Shown piece after piece: positions 13,062 through 24,584 of a DNA stretch of 64,000 nucleotides (its first letter is position 1; each line of letters begins with the position of its first letter). The notes below the pieces were generated by a model, which saw nothing but the letters and a program-made list of their open reading frames with translations, ran no database searches and was not told the origin of the DNA. The position numbers were made by a program, and so were the translations under genes. Source of the stretch: Somniosus microcephalus (Eukaryota); assembly GCA_052327205.1 (NCBI GenBank), contig CM126203.1, positions 23,126,001 through 23,190,000 of the forward strand. Direction: 5' to 3'.

Positions 13062-13498
13062 GAAAAAAAGAAAGGTTTGCATTCATATAGCGCCTTTCAC
13101 GACCACCGGATGTCCCAAAGCGCTTTATAGCCAATGAAGTACTTTTGAAGTGCAGTCACTGTTGTAATGTAGGAAACGCAGCAGCCAATTTGCGCACAGC
13201 AAGCTCCCACAAACAGCAATGTGATAATGACCAGATAATCTGTTTTTGTGATGTTGATTGAGGGATAAATGTTGGCCAGCACACCGGGGAGAACTCCCGT
13301 GCTCTTCTTTGAAATAGTGCCATGGGATCTTTTACGTCCTCCTGAGAGAGAAGATTCAATTTAATATCTCATCCAAAAGACAACACCTCCAACAGTGCAG
13401 CACTCCCTCAGCACTGCACTGGAGTGTCAGCCTAGATTTTTGTACTCAAGTCTCTGGAGTGGGACTTGAACCCACGACCTTCTGACTCAGGGGCAAGC
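13062..13498 (-). mobile_element. tRNA-derived DeuSINE (SacSINE1-like)
   Basis: B-box GGTTCAAGTCC on minus strand, Deu-domain-like core, TTTC-repeat tail; other copies at ~40962 and ~22685. Confidence 0.75.
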
Positions 13499-13959
13499 AA
13501 GGCAATGCTCCTGATACCCATGTTGTGCAGCAGCGCCTGCACTTTGCCAGCCATCAAACTGGGTTTGGGTGCTGCAATGTGCCATTATGTGCACTCAGGC
13601 TTCGTTTTCTCCCTCCACATTTGTTTTGTCTTCTCATAGTTATTACCCATACAATGTTTTGGCCCCGTATGTAGCCACTTACCTTAAAGTGACCACATCT
13701 CTTTAATGGTAGCCTGAAACCCTTTAAGGTCCAATGACAATCTGACCTGTGGTCCCAACCCCACGGAGGAGTCCTGCAGGCAGGTGCAGTATAGGCCGAG
13801 ACCACCCCATGTTAAGTAATTAGAGCTGACCCTGGAAAAAGTCAAAGCTACGTGATTTGGCTGAGCCTGTAGCTGACTCTGCTCTGGTTCAGCCTCTTCA
13901 GTGCCCGTTAGCATTTACAGGCACTCCCCCACCTTACCCCAAATTATTCTCCACATATC

Positions 13960-14535
13960 CTTACTCAGAGAGTGGTGAGAATGTGGAACTCGCTTCCACA
14001 TGGAATGGTTGAGGCGAATAGCAGAGATGCTTTTAAGGGGAAGCTAGAAAAGTACATGAGTGAGAAAGCACGGTGGCATAGTGGTTAGCACTGTTACCTC
14101 ACAGCGCCAGGGACCCGGGTTCAAATCCGGCCTCGGAAGACTGTCTGTGTGGAGTTTGCACATTCTCCCTGTGTTTGCGTGGGGGTGCTCCGGTTTCCTC
14201 CCACAGTCCAAAGATGTGCGGGTTAGGTTGATTGGCCATGATAAAAAAATTGGCCCGTAGTGTTAGGGGGGATTAAATACGTGGGGTTACGGGGATAGGG
14301 CTTGGCTGGGATGGCTGTCGGTGTAGGGACCGGGTGCTAGGGTTTGGATGATCAGCCATGATCTTGTTGAATGGCGGAGAAGGGCCGAATGGCCTACTCC
14401 TGCTCCTAGTTTCTATGTTATGTCTAAAGGATGAGATGAAATAAGGTAGGAGGAGGCTCATGTGGAGCATAAACACCGGCACACACCTGTTGGGCCAAAA
14501 GGCCTGTTTCTGTGCTGTAAAATTCTGTGTAATTT
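13960..14535 (+). mobile_element. CR1 3'-end fragment interrupted by a SINE
   Basis: ACTCAGAGAGTGGTGAGAATGTGGAAC (TQRVVRMWN) and the GGAGGAGGCTC.TGTGGAGCATAAACACC tail also seen at ~7590, ~20360 and ~48890. Confidence 0.7.
14067..14425 (+). mobile_element. V-SINE (HE1-like)
   Basis: A-box TGGCATAGTGG and B-box GGTTCAAATCC; V-domain GTCTGTGTGGAGTTTGCAC..TCCGGTTTCCTCCCACAGTCCAAAGATGTG; CR1-type 3' tail. Confidence 0.85.
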
Positions 14536-14758
14536 TATGCAAAAGCAGGGCAGTAACAATACCTAAATAATTGACATGCTAACTTACTGCTGAGAGCCCG
14601 CCCATTCTGACCTCGATCCTGGTGGCTGGAGCCTCCGCCCACCAGTCATGGCCGGTGGAATTTGGGAGACTTGGGAGCTGCCGTCAAGGAAAGCTGGAAG
14701 CTGGCCCAATCCTCATTTTTACTGCAGTCATTTGTGTGTTTTGAGCTTTAAAAGCTTC

Positions 14759-15550
14759 GGCCGTGATTTTTCCTCTCGATGCGGCTTGGGGGCGGGAGAG
14801 CTGCCTTCCGGGTTCCAATCCCGCCCCCAACGACATTCGACGCACAGATGCGATTTTGCGTCGATTGGCCTTGTTAAGCCCGCCCTGCGGGCTTGCCGGC
14901 CAATTAAGAGAAAGCCGGTGTCAGATGACGTCAGTTGATGACAGCATTGAGGTGCTGCAAACACTGACAATCACTGTGCAAAGGTGAGCCCTTGAACCCA
15001 GGCTCTCCAGTGACTCCCTCCTTAGGCTAGAACAGATGGCAGCTGCAGGTGAGGTTACAGAAGCGATCTGTCACTGGTGAGAGAGGTTCTCCCAATGAGG
15101 TGGGACTACACAAACAATTCAAAACTTGTCACCTATAGAAAAGTCTAAATACATTAAAAATTTCCCAACATTTTCTTACCTCTGAAACTCACCAGTGTAC
15201 AATTGGATCCTTCACACCACTTCTGCAGCTGTCATCAATGCACAAGCATTACAGTAGACCCACAGCACGCCACACTTACCTGGCGTGGTGTCTGGATGTC
15301 GGGAAGCCCGCAGCAGACCTGTCAAAATTGCAAAAAGCCTCTTAACGGCCTGTTAACAACCTGTTAACAAGCAGTTGAGTGCCTATAATCTTCTTCCTGC
15401 CGTTAGGTGTCGGGCTCATGCGCAAATCGGGGACCCGACACCTGGGAAGATTGATTGGAGGCCGGGATTCTGACCCACTGTCAATCTTTGCAATTTTGCC
15501 GGATGTCCCGCCTCCAAACTCGCCCCCTGAGCACTGGCAAAATTCCCCCC
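14759..15550. mobile_element. Harbinger-like MITE, homologous (inverted) to 50854-51693
   Basis: Shared blocks CCTTGTTAAGCCCGCCC.GCGGGCT..GGCCAATTAAG and CCTGTTAAC.ACCTGTTAACA; degenerate GG..ATTTT / AAAATTCCCCC ends. Confidence 0.6.
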
Positions 15551-16047
15551 TTCCAGTATGTAATTTTCTCTCTACTGACGGTGCTGCAAAAAAGTTGCCT
15601 GTTGTTTTTAACTACTGCTCCCTTTCACTCTCGACGCTTCAAGCCCTTCCTTTAAGGTGCTGCTACATTCGGTCACCCCGCCCCCTCACCTCCTGCCCTC
15701 AGAGCACATTTCACGCAAGCAACTCAACAAATGAATGTCAATGAGGCCCAACCATGAAAATGGCACAGGCCCAAAGCCAATCCCTTCAGACGGGCACAGT
15801 AAACACTGTCCAACATACGTTGGAATTGAAAATTGCTCCACAGCTCTAGAGAGGAAGGGAATGCAGCCACATCCAACTCTACATGGTGGCCAATTAGAAA
15901 TTGGCAGGTTTTACTACAGCTTTAACTGAAAACAGAAATAATGCTTTGGGCTGGCTGCTAACATCTCAATATTTACACAAAGAAATGTAATATTTTCCAC
16001 CAACTGTTGATACAAATGGGGGCAGTAAGCTCAAATTGGCAGAACCA

Positions 16048-16224
16048 GGGGGCAATTTTAACCAAACTTGTTGGACGAGAAGCCCACAGGATCGGGTGGA
16101 ACGCTGGTTTACACCCCGTCCAATATTACTCTCCTGTTGAATAAAATCGGGTGGGTTGTCAAACCAGCGTTGCACCCAATCCCGTCAGATTCCCGATGGG
16201 CGGATTAGATTAAAACTGCTCCCC
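16048..16224. mobile_element. Short palindromic MITE
   Basis: GGGGGCAATTTTAA / TTAAAACTGCTCCC termini; internal arms GGATCGGGTGGAACGCTGGTTT / AAACCAGCGTTGCACCCAATCC. Confidence 0.6.
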
Positions 16225-17511
16225 CCCCCCCTGACCCCCTCCTGTGTTTCAAAGGTGACGGAGGGCGATGGGTTGGTTGTTATTCCTCAGCAGGTAACTG
16301 GATTTTAACGCAACATTCTTTTCTTTGGGCTTGTCGAGACTCATCCGTTGTGTCCCAGTCCCACTGGCACTGCAATGGGACTGCATAATCGGCCCTTGTA
16401 ATTAATAACCGAGCACTGCATTACCTCAAAGCACATTTTACAAATGTGCATTTTAAGATCGCGTGTCTCATAACAGATTGAAATGGTGCAATCCACCACC
16501 GGCGCTGTATTATACTAATTGAAGCAGGACCCAAATGTAGCAAAGGACCACTTCTAACACAAATTCGACAGGCTGTGCAGAGGCAGGCTGTGGCTGGATG
16601 CCTTCCATTAATATATGTTGTAATCTAAAAGGAAAGTCAGCACTCAGAGCAAAGCAAGCACAAGAAGTGCTAAAATAGAATTCATTTATTTCAAACACCA
16701 TAGCGTGGTGTGTTTAAAACAAATGTTCACACTGACGGTACATGATAAATGACTTGGTCCGCGCAAGACAAATTGTACATTTAAAATACACATGAAATAT
16801 CCAAAATGAAACTTGTAGTGAATGATATCTTACAATATACAAATACTCTAAATATTGCAGGATCAACACTGTGAATATATAATTTTATATTCAACTATAG
16901 TATGCATTCTTGGTGAAAATTATGAATCATTTTGCTTGCTAAATGTATTAAAAATAATAAACCAAACAATAGGAACACAGGGAGGTCTAGGATTGGGGTA
17001 ATGGCCAGTTCCAGTGTCTGGGAAATATTTTATTCCCACAACATGTCTCATTCCCCTTTGCCAAGTTTGAGCACCGCTCTCTTAAATTTGCTGATTCAGC
17101 CAGCCCTCACTGCCTCTCTGGGCAGCCCATTCCAGACAGGCACCACCAGCTGTGTAGAGTGGTTAAATGTTAACTAATACATTAAGAGCTATCAGCTGGG
17201 CATTCAATTAAATGATTTCCATTTGAGTTCTCTAATCTATCGATATTAAACATCATAAAATGCACAGGCAAGAGTCTGTAAAGCTCCTTGGAGATCCCCA
17301 ACTCCTACATCTAAAAAAGTTAGCAAAAAGATAAACTGCATTAATCATTTGCCAACTAGCTCATCCCCTGAGCAACACCATCAATCAAATAATCGAGGGA
17401 AATAAAAATGAGATTTAAGTTCACATTAAAGTCAAAATTCTAATTTCATGCTATTAATGTGAGATTTGTGAATCAAAATTCATATCTCACTGTTGGGCCT
17501 ATGGTCTCATC

Positions 17512-17838
17512 TCTACACCATTCCCATATCTTACAGGTAAGACTATGATCCCAATTCTACACCATTCCCATATCCCACAGGTGAGACTATGTTCCCAATT
17601 CTACACCATTCCCATATCTCACAGGTGAGACTATGTTCCCAATTCTACACCATTCCCATATCTCACAGGTGAGACGATGTTCCCAATTCTACACCATTCC
17701 CACAGGTGAGACTATGTTCCCAATTCTACACCATTCCCATATCTCACAGGTGAGACTATGTTCCCAATTCTACACCATTCCCATATCTCACAAGTGAGAC
17801 AATGCTCCCAATTCTACACCATTCCCATATCTCACAGG
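17512..17838. repeat. 44-bp minisatellite, ~7.5 copies
   Basis: Unit TCTACACCATTCCCATATCTCACAGGTGAGACTATGTTCCCAAT starts at 17512, 17556, 17600, 17644, 17688, 17725, 17769, 17813 (one unit has a 7-bp deletion). Confidence 0.95.
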
Positions 17839-20800
17839 ATTCTTGTGACAATATGGAATATGGACTCGCTGTTCATGAGATGCCCCATCTACAGAATTTC
17901 TGGTGTATGTGGACAATTCAAGAAGTGACTGGTGAGATCCTTAGAGAAACATGCATGATCACATATTTTCTTGGAAAATTTCAGGGAACCTTGGGCACAG
18001 TTATGGCAGTGTGGGTGTACCTGTTATCTGAGGAATCAGGGAGCAGAATTGCAAAGTGTATTCTCTCTCTGGTGTATAGTTTTGGTTCAAGGAAAAGTGA
18101 GACCAGGATCAGGGCTGACTTCTTTTAGATTTTGCAAGCTTTTGATTAGTCTTTTTTTTTGATGAATGAGTTTCTAGCTAATAATGTATAGATTAAAATA
18201 ATTCTTGTGTACAAATCAGTGAAAAGGCAAAGTATGAAATCGATTGAGTTGCTTTGATACTGATTCTTGGCAGATTTGTATTTGAACAGGTACGGGAGAA
18301 TATGCAGCAAATCAAATTAAACAGGGGGAAATACAGTTGGGAAAGATACGATGGCTGGGAAGGATTGGTCAGAATGTGAGTGCATGCTGAGGAAAAGCAG
18401 AATGAGTCTCACTGCTGCTTTTCTCATGTGTTAGGACCTCATCCTCCCCCCGTGACAATATAAATCACATCTCACCAAGTACCTTTAGTTAGAGGCTGAG
18501 AAATTGTTCACTTGAAAAATGTCAAAGTGAAACAGCATTCAACTTGAGAAATGAAAGCATCTGTTTTTTGGAAAATAAACTTCTTACATTCTTTGCAAGT
18601 ATTCAGTGCAAAAATATTTTGCCAAAAATGTTTTGAAAATGCAACATGATTTCCCTTGGCATTCCAAGTGATGAAATAACCATTGCTGGCTGCTAGCTAC
18701 AGTGTGAATGAGAAGCTTTTCCCTGTACCTCCTCACCTCTCGTTATGTTACCCTTACAGGATATTGCGATTGAAGTTACTAAACATACAAAAATGACTGC
18801 TGGGAAAAGACCCACTGGTCTATCCAGCCTGCCCCACACCTTGAATAATCTGTTTAATCCACAAGCGACATTAACAGTAAAGTTCTACATAAATAGAATA
18901 AATAAGACTTTCAGCAACTTCATTCACAATATTCTATTCATGCAGTGAATGTGTATCTATAGTATACTGTAAAGAATCTTGGCTGCGTTTTTTCTGTAAT
19001 GTGAAAACTATTATCCAATATTTTACAGTGTTAGTGTTGAACTTTACATGGGACAAAATGTTTGTGTAGATTTGATGCACGTTTTGTGGATGAGCATTAG
19101 TTTTACATAAATGCATTTCCTGGGCTTTGCATAAGTTTCACATCTCTGTATAATAAATTAAATGTGCCCAATAAACTTATATTGGGGCTGCTCCTGATGA
19201 CCGTGTAATTGAATAGGCGCACTGCGAGCAATTAAATGAGCAGCCTTATAATATAAATAACGACTGAAATTGCACATTTTATTTGCCGAAATCAGGCCTA
19301 GAATTTGTAAAAATGGCTAAGCATCGACGCTGATGGCGAGTTTAGATATTTGTGCCGATTTCATGAACTGACACTCTGCCGCCGAAATAAGAGGACCGGC
19401 CAGTGCACGTTAAATTGACCCGAGGTCTCGAACTCAAGGCGCACAACTGATTAAATTGTACAAAATGAGAGTTCGGAAGCATTTTCTTTCCACCGAGTCC
19501 TCCTCCACCGGAGTAGCAAGCACATTTGTAGCACAAAATTATGGGATTAGTCAGCCCGAAGAATTGCAATTGCAATATCACTCTGCGTAGTTGGTGCAGG
19601 TGTGCTGACTCACGCCTGACTAAAGAGATTACTAACGCAGAATTTAATCTGCACAAAAGTTACTCTGCTACAGTTTAGTAATGAAAAGTCACCTTTTCGG
19701 TTCATATCACTGGGAGGGAAGCTTTTGATTTCATGAAAACCCACTAAATCATTTTGGACAGGTGCCACGCGAATGGACTTTGCTCTTGATTGGTGTTGTT
19801 TTATTTTGTCAATTTAATAAAAGGAATAAAATAGGACACCTTTTAACTTTGATGCTATAAATTTTGATGGTTCCTTTTAGCTTTTTTATTTAATTACATT
19901 ACAGTAAATCCTTGCCGTCTGGTTTAAGAGTTGATATATTTATGTGGCACTGAAAAATGAAAAAAGCAGCTGTAAAAGATGTGGATGAAAATGATTTTAT
20001 TTAGTATTTTCCCTCATTTCACACTCTTAGATGGCTTATACGTCTGTCTCTTTTATAGATGTCAAGGTGAGCTGGTTGAGAGGCCAGCCTAATACAATTT
20101 TAGAAGACTACGAGCAGGCTGTAGTCAGTGAGTAATCGCTGAGTAGTCAATGTTGTGCCACTGTTCTGGAGGATTGAAGACAGGCAAAGGATAAGATAGC
20201 AAGTGATGAGCCAGCATCGGTTCACTGCCACAGTGTTTTTGCTATTTGATCGCACCTTTCTTCTATCAAAGGGCACGTTGCTTCTGTTTGAGAATAGTGC
20301 TGGTGTCAATTCTCGATGGGTCAATTTGATATGCTGATAGGGTGAGATGAAGCAGGGTGGGAGGAGGCTCGTGTGGAGCATAAACACCGGCACAGACCAG
20401 TTGGGCCGAATGGCCTGTTTCTGTGCCGTAATTTCTATGTAATTCTCTGTAAATGCAGGCACGTCCAGACTATCTGTGCATCCTCAAACATAAGAACATA
20501 AGATGAGAATGGCATAAGTTAGAAAAGACCCTTTAGCCCATCAGAGTTACCCTGTGATTTGGTTCTTTTAGAACCCTATCGACCATTTTGTAAAAAAAAA
20601 CAATCTCCTTTGTGCCTCTCTATTCTCTGTTAAATCTATCCAGTTCAGCTCTGAGTGCTTAACACAAAGTAGCATTTATTACACTAGATGATAGTCTGTT
20701 CCATAAGTTAGTGGTAAGGCTGAGGGCAATACACTTAGCTCGTGACCTCTTTAACTTGCAATCATTTTCTCTGGTTGTCCTGCACTGATTTGACACCAAA

Positions 20801-21469
20801 TACCTTTAACCATCCACTCAATTGAATCCATTATTGCTTTCAAAAAAGAATAATTTTTTAACATGCTTTACCTCTCAGTGATTTTAAAAGCCAAAAATTG
20901 CTTTGTTGCTTGTTTCTGAGTTCTAACCACTGCCTCAGTGCTTCTCTTTAGTTCTGGTGTCACTGTCGCACATTATATTGCATGTGTCCCTCGGTAATGC
21001 TCTATAGAGAATTAGTATCACTTTCTTGGCCTTCTAGTCTATGGATAAGCTTACATAACCCAGCGATGTGTTTGGTTTTCAACTGCTGTGCTACAATGCA
21101 AGCGTGCTTTCCATATTTGGTCGGCTATGGCACCCTGACCTTTGTTCTGATCCTTTGCAATGTTATATATTATTTTTGGTGTGACCTCAATATCAAATAC
21201 AATCAGCTATCAGTTGCTCAATTGATAAAGCATTTTGAATTCAATGCTAAATCTCTTTGAATTCTGTTCCTTTCCTTCAAATGTCCTGCTATCCCACCTA
21301 ACTTGGTAAAGTTCTCAAAATTAGGCATTCTTCTTTCTAGGACTGATAACTGGGCTGATATGTATGGTACTGTGGCAGAACCACTGAATGACTCTGGATA
21401 ACTGTATATAATTCCCTTTAACGATGTTCTAACACCAGCCTAAACCTGTACCATTGTGTTAGGCATTAC

Positions 21470-21670
21470 TGTGTTTTGTATATAGAGTTTGCATGTACGG
21501 GGCGTGGCCCCTTTAAGAGCACGGGAAAACGCGGGCAAACGCGGTGACGTCACATCGCAAACCACGGGGCTGCCCAGGCAGTCCCTGTGGCATCTCCTTT
21601 GAGTAAAGACCTGCTTAATTGCTCTCTTGCGTCGATCTCAGTTATTCGTAGGAATTCGTTAATTCCTACA
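21470..21670 (+). mobile_element. Probable Gypsy solo LTR
   Basis: TGTG...TACA ends, CpG-rich in AT-rich surroundings, AGTAAAGACCTG motif shared with the element A LTR; TSD imperfect (TTAC/GTAC). Confidence 0.6.
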
Positions 21671-22684
21671 GTACTTGCATATTGTTAACTGAACACTAGA
21701 TGGCCTCTTTATGGGAGTAAGCATGTTGTAGCAATGACACTCCAATGTCTTCACTTGCTTTGTGGTTCTTTGACAGGATATTCTTGAGGGTCTGAAAATA
21801 AAAGCAGCCAGTTATGAGCACACCAATTTGAGTTTGTATAACAAGGGGCAGCTGACCAACTGAAACTGTTTCAGTTGAGGAAGATCAGAGACATTGGGGG
21901 CGATATTAAACCCGGGTGGGAGGCGCGATCATGCTGCCCGCCCGAGGCCTTCAGCAGTTTTGAAGGCCGGGTCTTGATCAGCGAGCTGCGAGCATTTAAC
22001 CAGCGCTCACAGGCTGTGCCTGGATCGGGCAGGGCAGTGGCTCCTCCATGAAGCCAAGCTGAGCCAGAGGTAACGAGTTAAAGTGGCGGGCACAGATGGC
22101 CAGCAGCTTTCTAGCAGATTTTTGTGTGGCCAGGAGGAACATTCATCCTACTCTTGGCTTCACAAAAAAAAAAAGTTTTATTAATAAACATTTGTACTTA
22201 TCGTTTCCCCAGCGGTCCGTAGTGGTCCCTTTAAGGTCCAGGTGGTTAGATCGTTCTACACCTAGTACCAATGAGAGGAGTATGAGTGACACACACTCCA
22301 GCCACTGGTATCTCAAAATTGTGTCAGGGTCCTATGTGTGTCACAGGACCCCGATTAGCATTAAAATGAGGCCCTCACCTAAAACAGGCAGGTGCCTGGG
22401 CTGCCCACGTGAAAGCCCCAATGACGGTGGTGGCAGCCGGAACAGGTCAGTAAGGGCGCTCTGCCATCTCCAACCCATTACCGCTCCATTCCCATGATGA
22501 ACAAGTACATAAGAAACAGTCGTATTACATAGTTTCATATTTACAGTAAGCATTCTTCCACCTAACTTGTCCAGTGAACAAAATAATAAAAAGATTGCAA
22601 CTATTAAGAAGTAAAATAATCCTTTGTTACAATATTTAAATAATCGTGTTTCTTTCCTTATTATTTCTTAATACTCTGTGGGCA

Positions 22685-22893
22685 TCTAATTAATCCCTCA
22701 ACCAACATCACTAAAACAGATTATCTGGTCATTATCTCATCGCTGTTTGTGGGAGCTTGCTGTGCACAATTTGGTTGCTGTGTTTTCTAAATTACAACAA
22801 TGATGACACTTGAAAAGCACATCATTGGCTGCAAAGTGCTTTGGGACATCCTGAGGTTGTAAAAGGTGCTATGGAAATGTAAGTTCTTTCTTT
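22685..22893 (+). mobile_element. 3' fragment of DeuSINE (SacSINE1-like)
   Basis: Reverse-complement match to ~13062-13270. Confidence 0.7.
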
Positions 22894-24584
22894 CATCCTA
22901 CCCAAGGTGCCTCCATGCAAATGCTATGTTGGACCAGGATGATATCATCCATACTAAATCCGTCCTTTCCACCTTAGAATCCCCCCGAGCTAACTTGTGC
23001 CATTTTAAAACAGGGGTAACTTAGAGCAGCTGATGAGGGAGGCTGATGCTGGTATCTGAAAGGTGAATTACATGTGTTTCATTGTGCTGCTAGATAGAGG
23101 TTCACAACTTTACTTTAGATTGACGATTTGTCAAATGTTATTTTCGCTCTTTATTTCTGGCACTCCTAGCTTCATTTGAAAATCTCCCTCAAGACTGTTT
23201 CTTCTTTGAGGAATTTCCCTAAAATGAAGGGGAAGACTGTGAAAAGGTTTCTCCCCATGAGAATTCCCCTCCTCATGTTGGAAGAGGAAGAAGAGGAGGA
23301 AGAGCAGGCAACCCGGGAAGCCCAGCACATAAGGCATCACCACAGATAATCCAGACCCTCCTAATACCCAGCCACCAGGATGTACAGCCCATGAAGATTA
23401 TTTATAGAAACTTAGAAAAATAGGAGCAGGAATAGGCCATTCGGCCCTTCGAGCCTGCTCCGCCATTCAATATGATCTTGGCTGATCCTCTATCTCAATA
23501 CCATATTCCCGCTCTCTCCCCATACTCCTTGATGCCTTTTGTATCTAGAAATCTATCTATCTCCTTCTTAAATATATTCAGTGACTTGGCCTCCACAGCC
23601 TTCTGTGGTAGAGAATTCCACAGGCTCACCACCCTCTGAGTGAAGGAACTTCCCCTCATCTCAGTCCTAAATGTCCTACCCTGTATCCTGAGACTGTGAC
23701 CCCTCATTCTAGACCCCCCAACCAGGGGAAACATCCTCCCTGCATCCAGTCTGTCTAGCCCTGTCAGAATTTTATACGTTTCAATGAGATCCCCTCTCAT
23801 TCTTCTAAACTCTAGTGAATACAGGCCTAGTCGACCCAATCTCTCCTCATATGACAGTCCTGCCATCCCAGGAATCAATCTGGTGAACCTTCGCTGCACT
23901 CCCTCCATGGCAAGTATATCCTTTCTTAGGTAAGGAGACCAAAACTGAACACTGTACTCCAGGTGTGTGTAAAGTCTGTGGGTTGTTTAGTTAATTAATA
24001 CACAGACTACCAGAGTAACTTAAAACAGGACTTTACTATTCGAAGGTCCGGGCGAATCTGCCAAATAAATCCTGACACAGCACTTATATACCGGTGTGGT
24101 CACCGTCGGTATTACAGTATACAGAAGCCAACAAAGTAGAGCCACACCTAAAATAGTTCTCTTAAAGGTGAACGGTTACATACAATGGTTTTCTTAAAGG
24201 TAGACGGATACATACACTACAATCCTCCCTTTTTAGCTTACAACATACTTAGTCCCCCATTAAACATAACATATATTCAACTTCATGTAAAACAATTCAC
24301 AGGTATAATCTATGCGGGAAACAGTTCACAGATTCAGTCTCTGGTCTTGACTCGGTCCGAACAACATCTCTGTGGTGTAGCCGGTTCACATTGCTAGCGT
24401 GACTCATCCGATAGTCTTTCCCTTGACTTAACAGCTTGAACTTCCGTCCTGCTGAACCAGCAGTGCTGACTTTTACAAACAACTGGACTGCCTTGGTAAT
24501 TTTTCCTACTTGCCAACTGATTTGGCTCCCTTCGTAGGGCCCACGTACATGATCTGGTAGAAGTGATAATGATTTAGATGGTTA

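Noticed and set aside
17512-17838. CRISPR array
   Set aside because: Head-to-tail repeats with no unique spacers, in a eukaryotic context.
19295-19660. Second copy of the 4894 MITE family (starts GGCCTAGAATTT)
   Set aside because: No matching right TIR or TSD could be located by eye.
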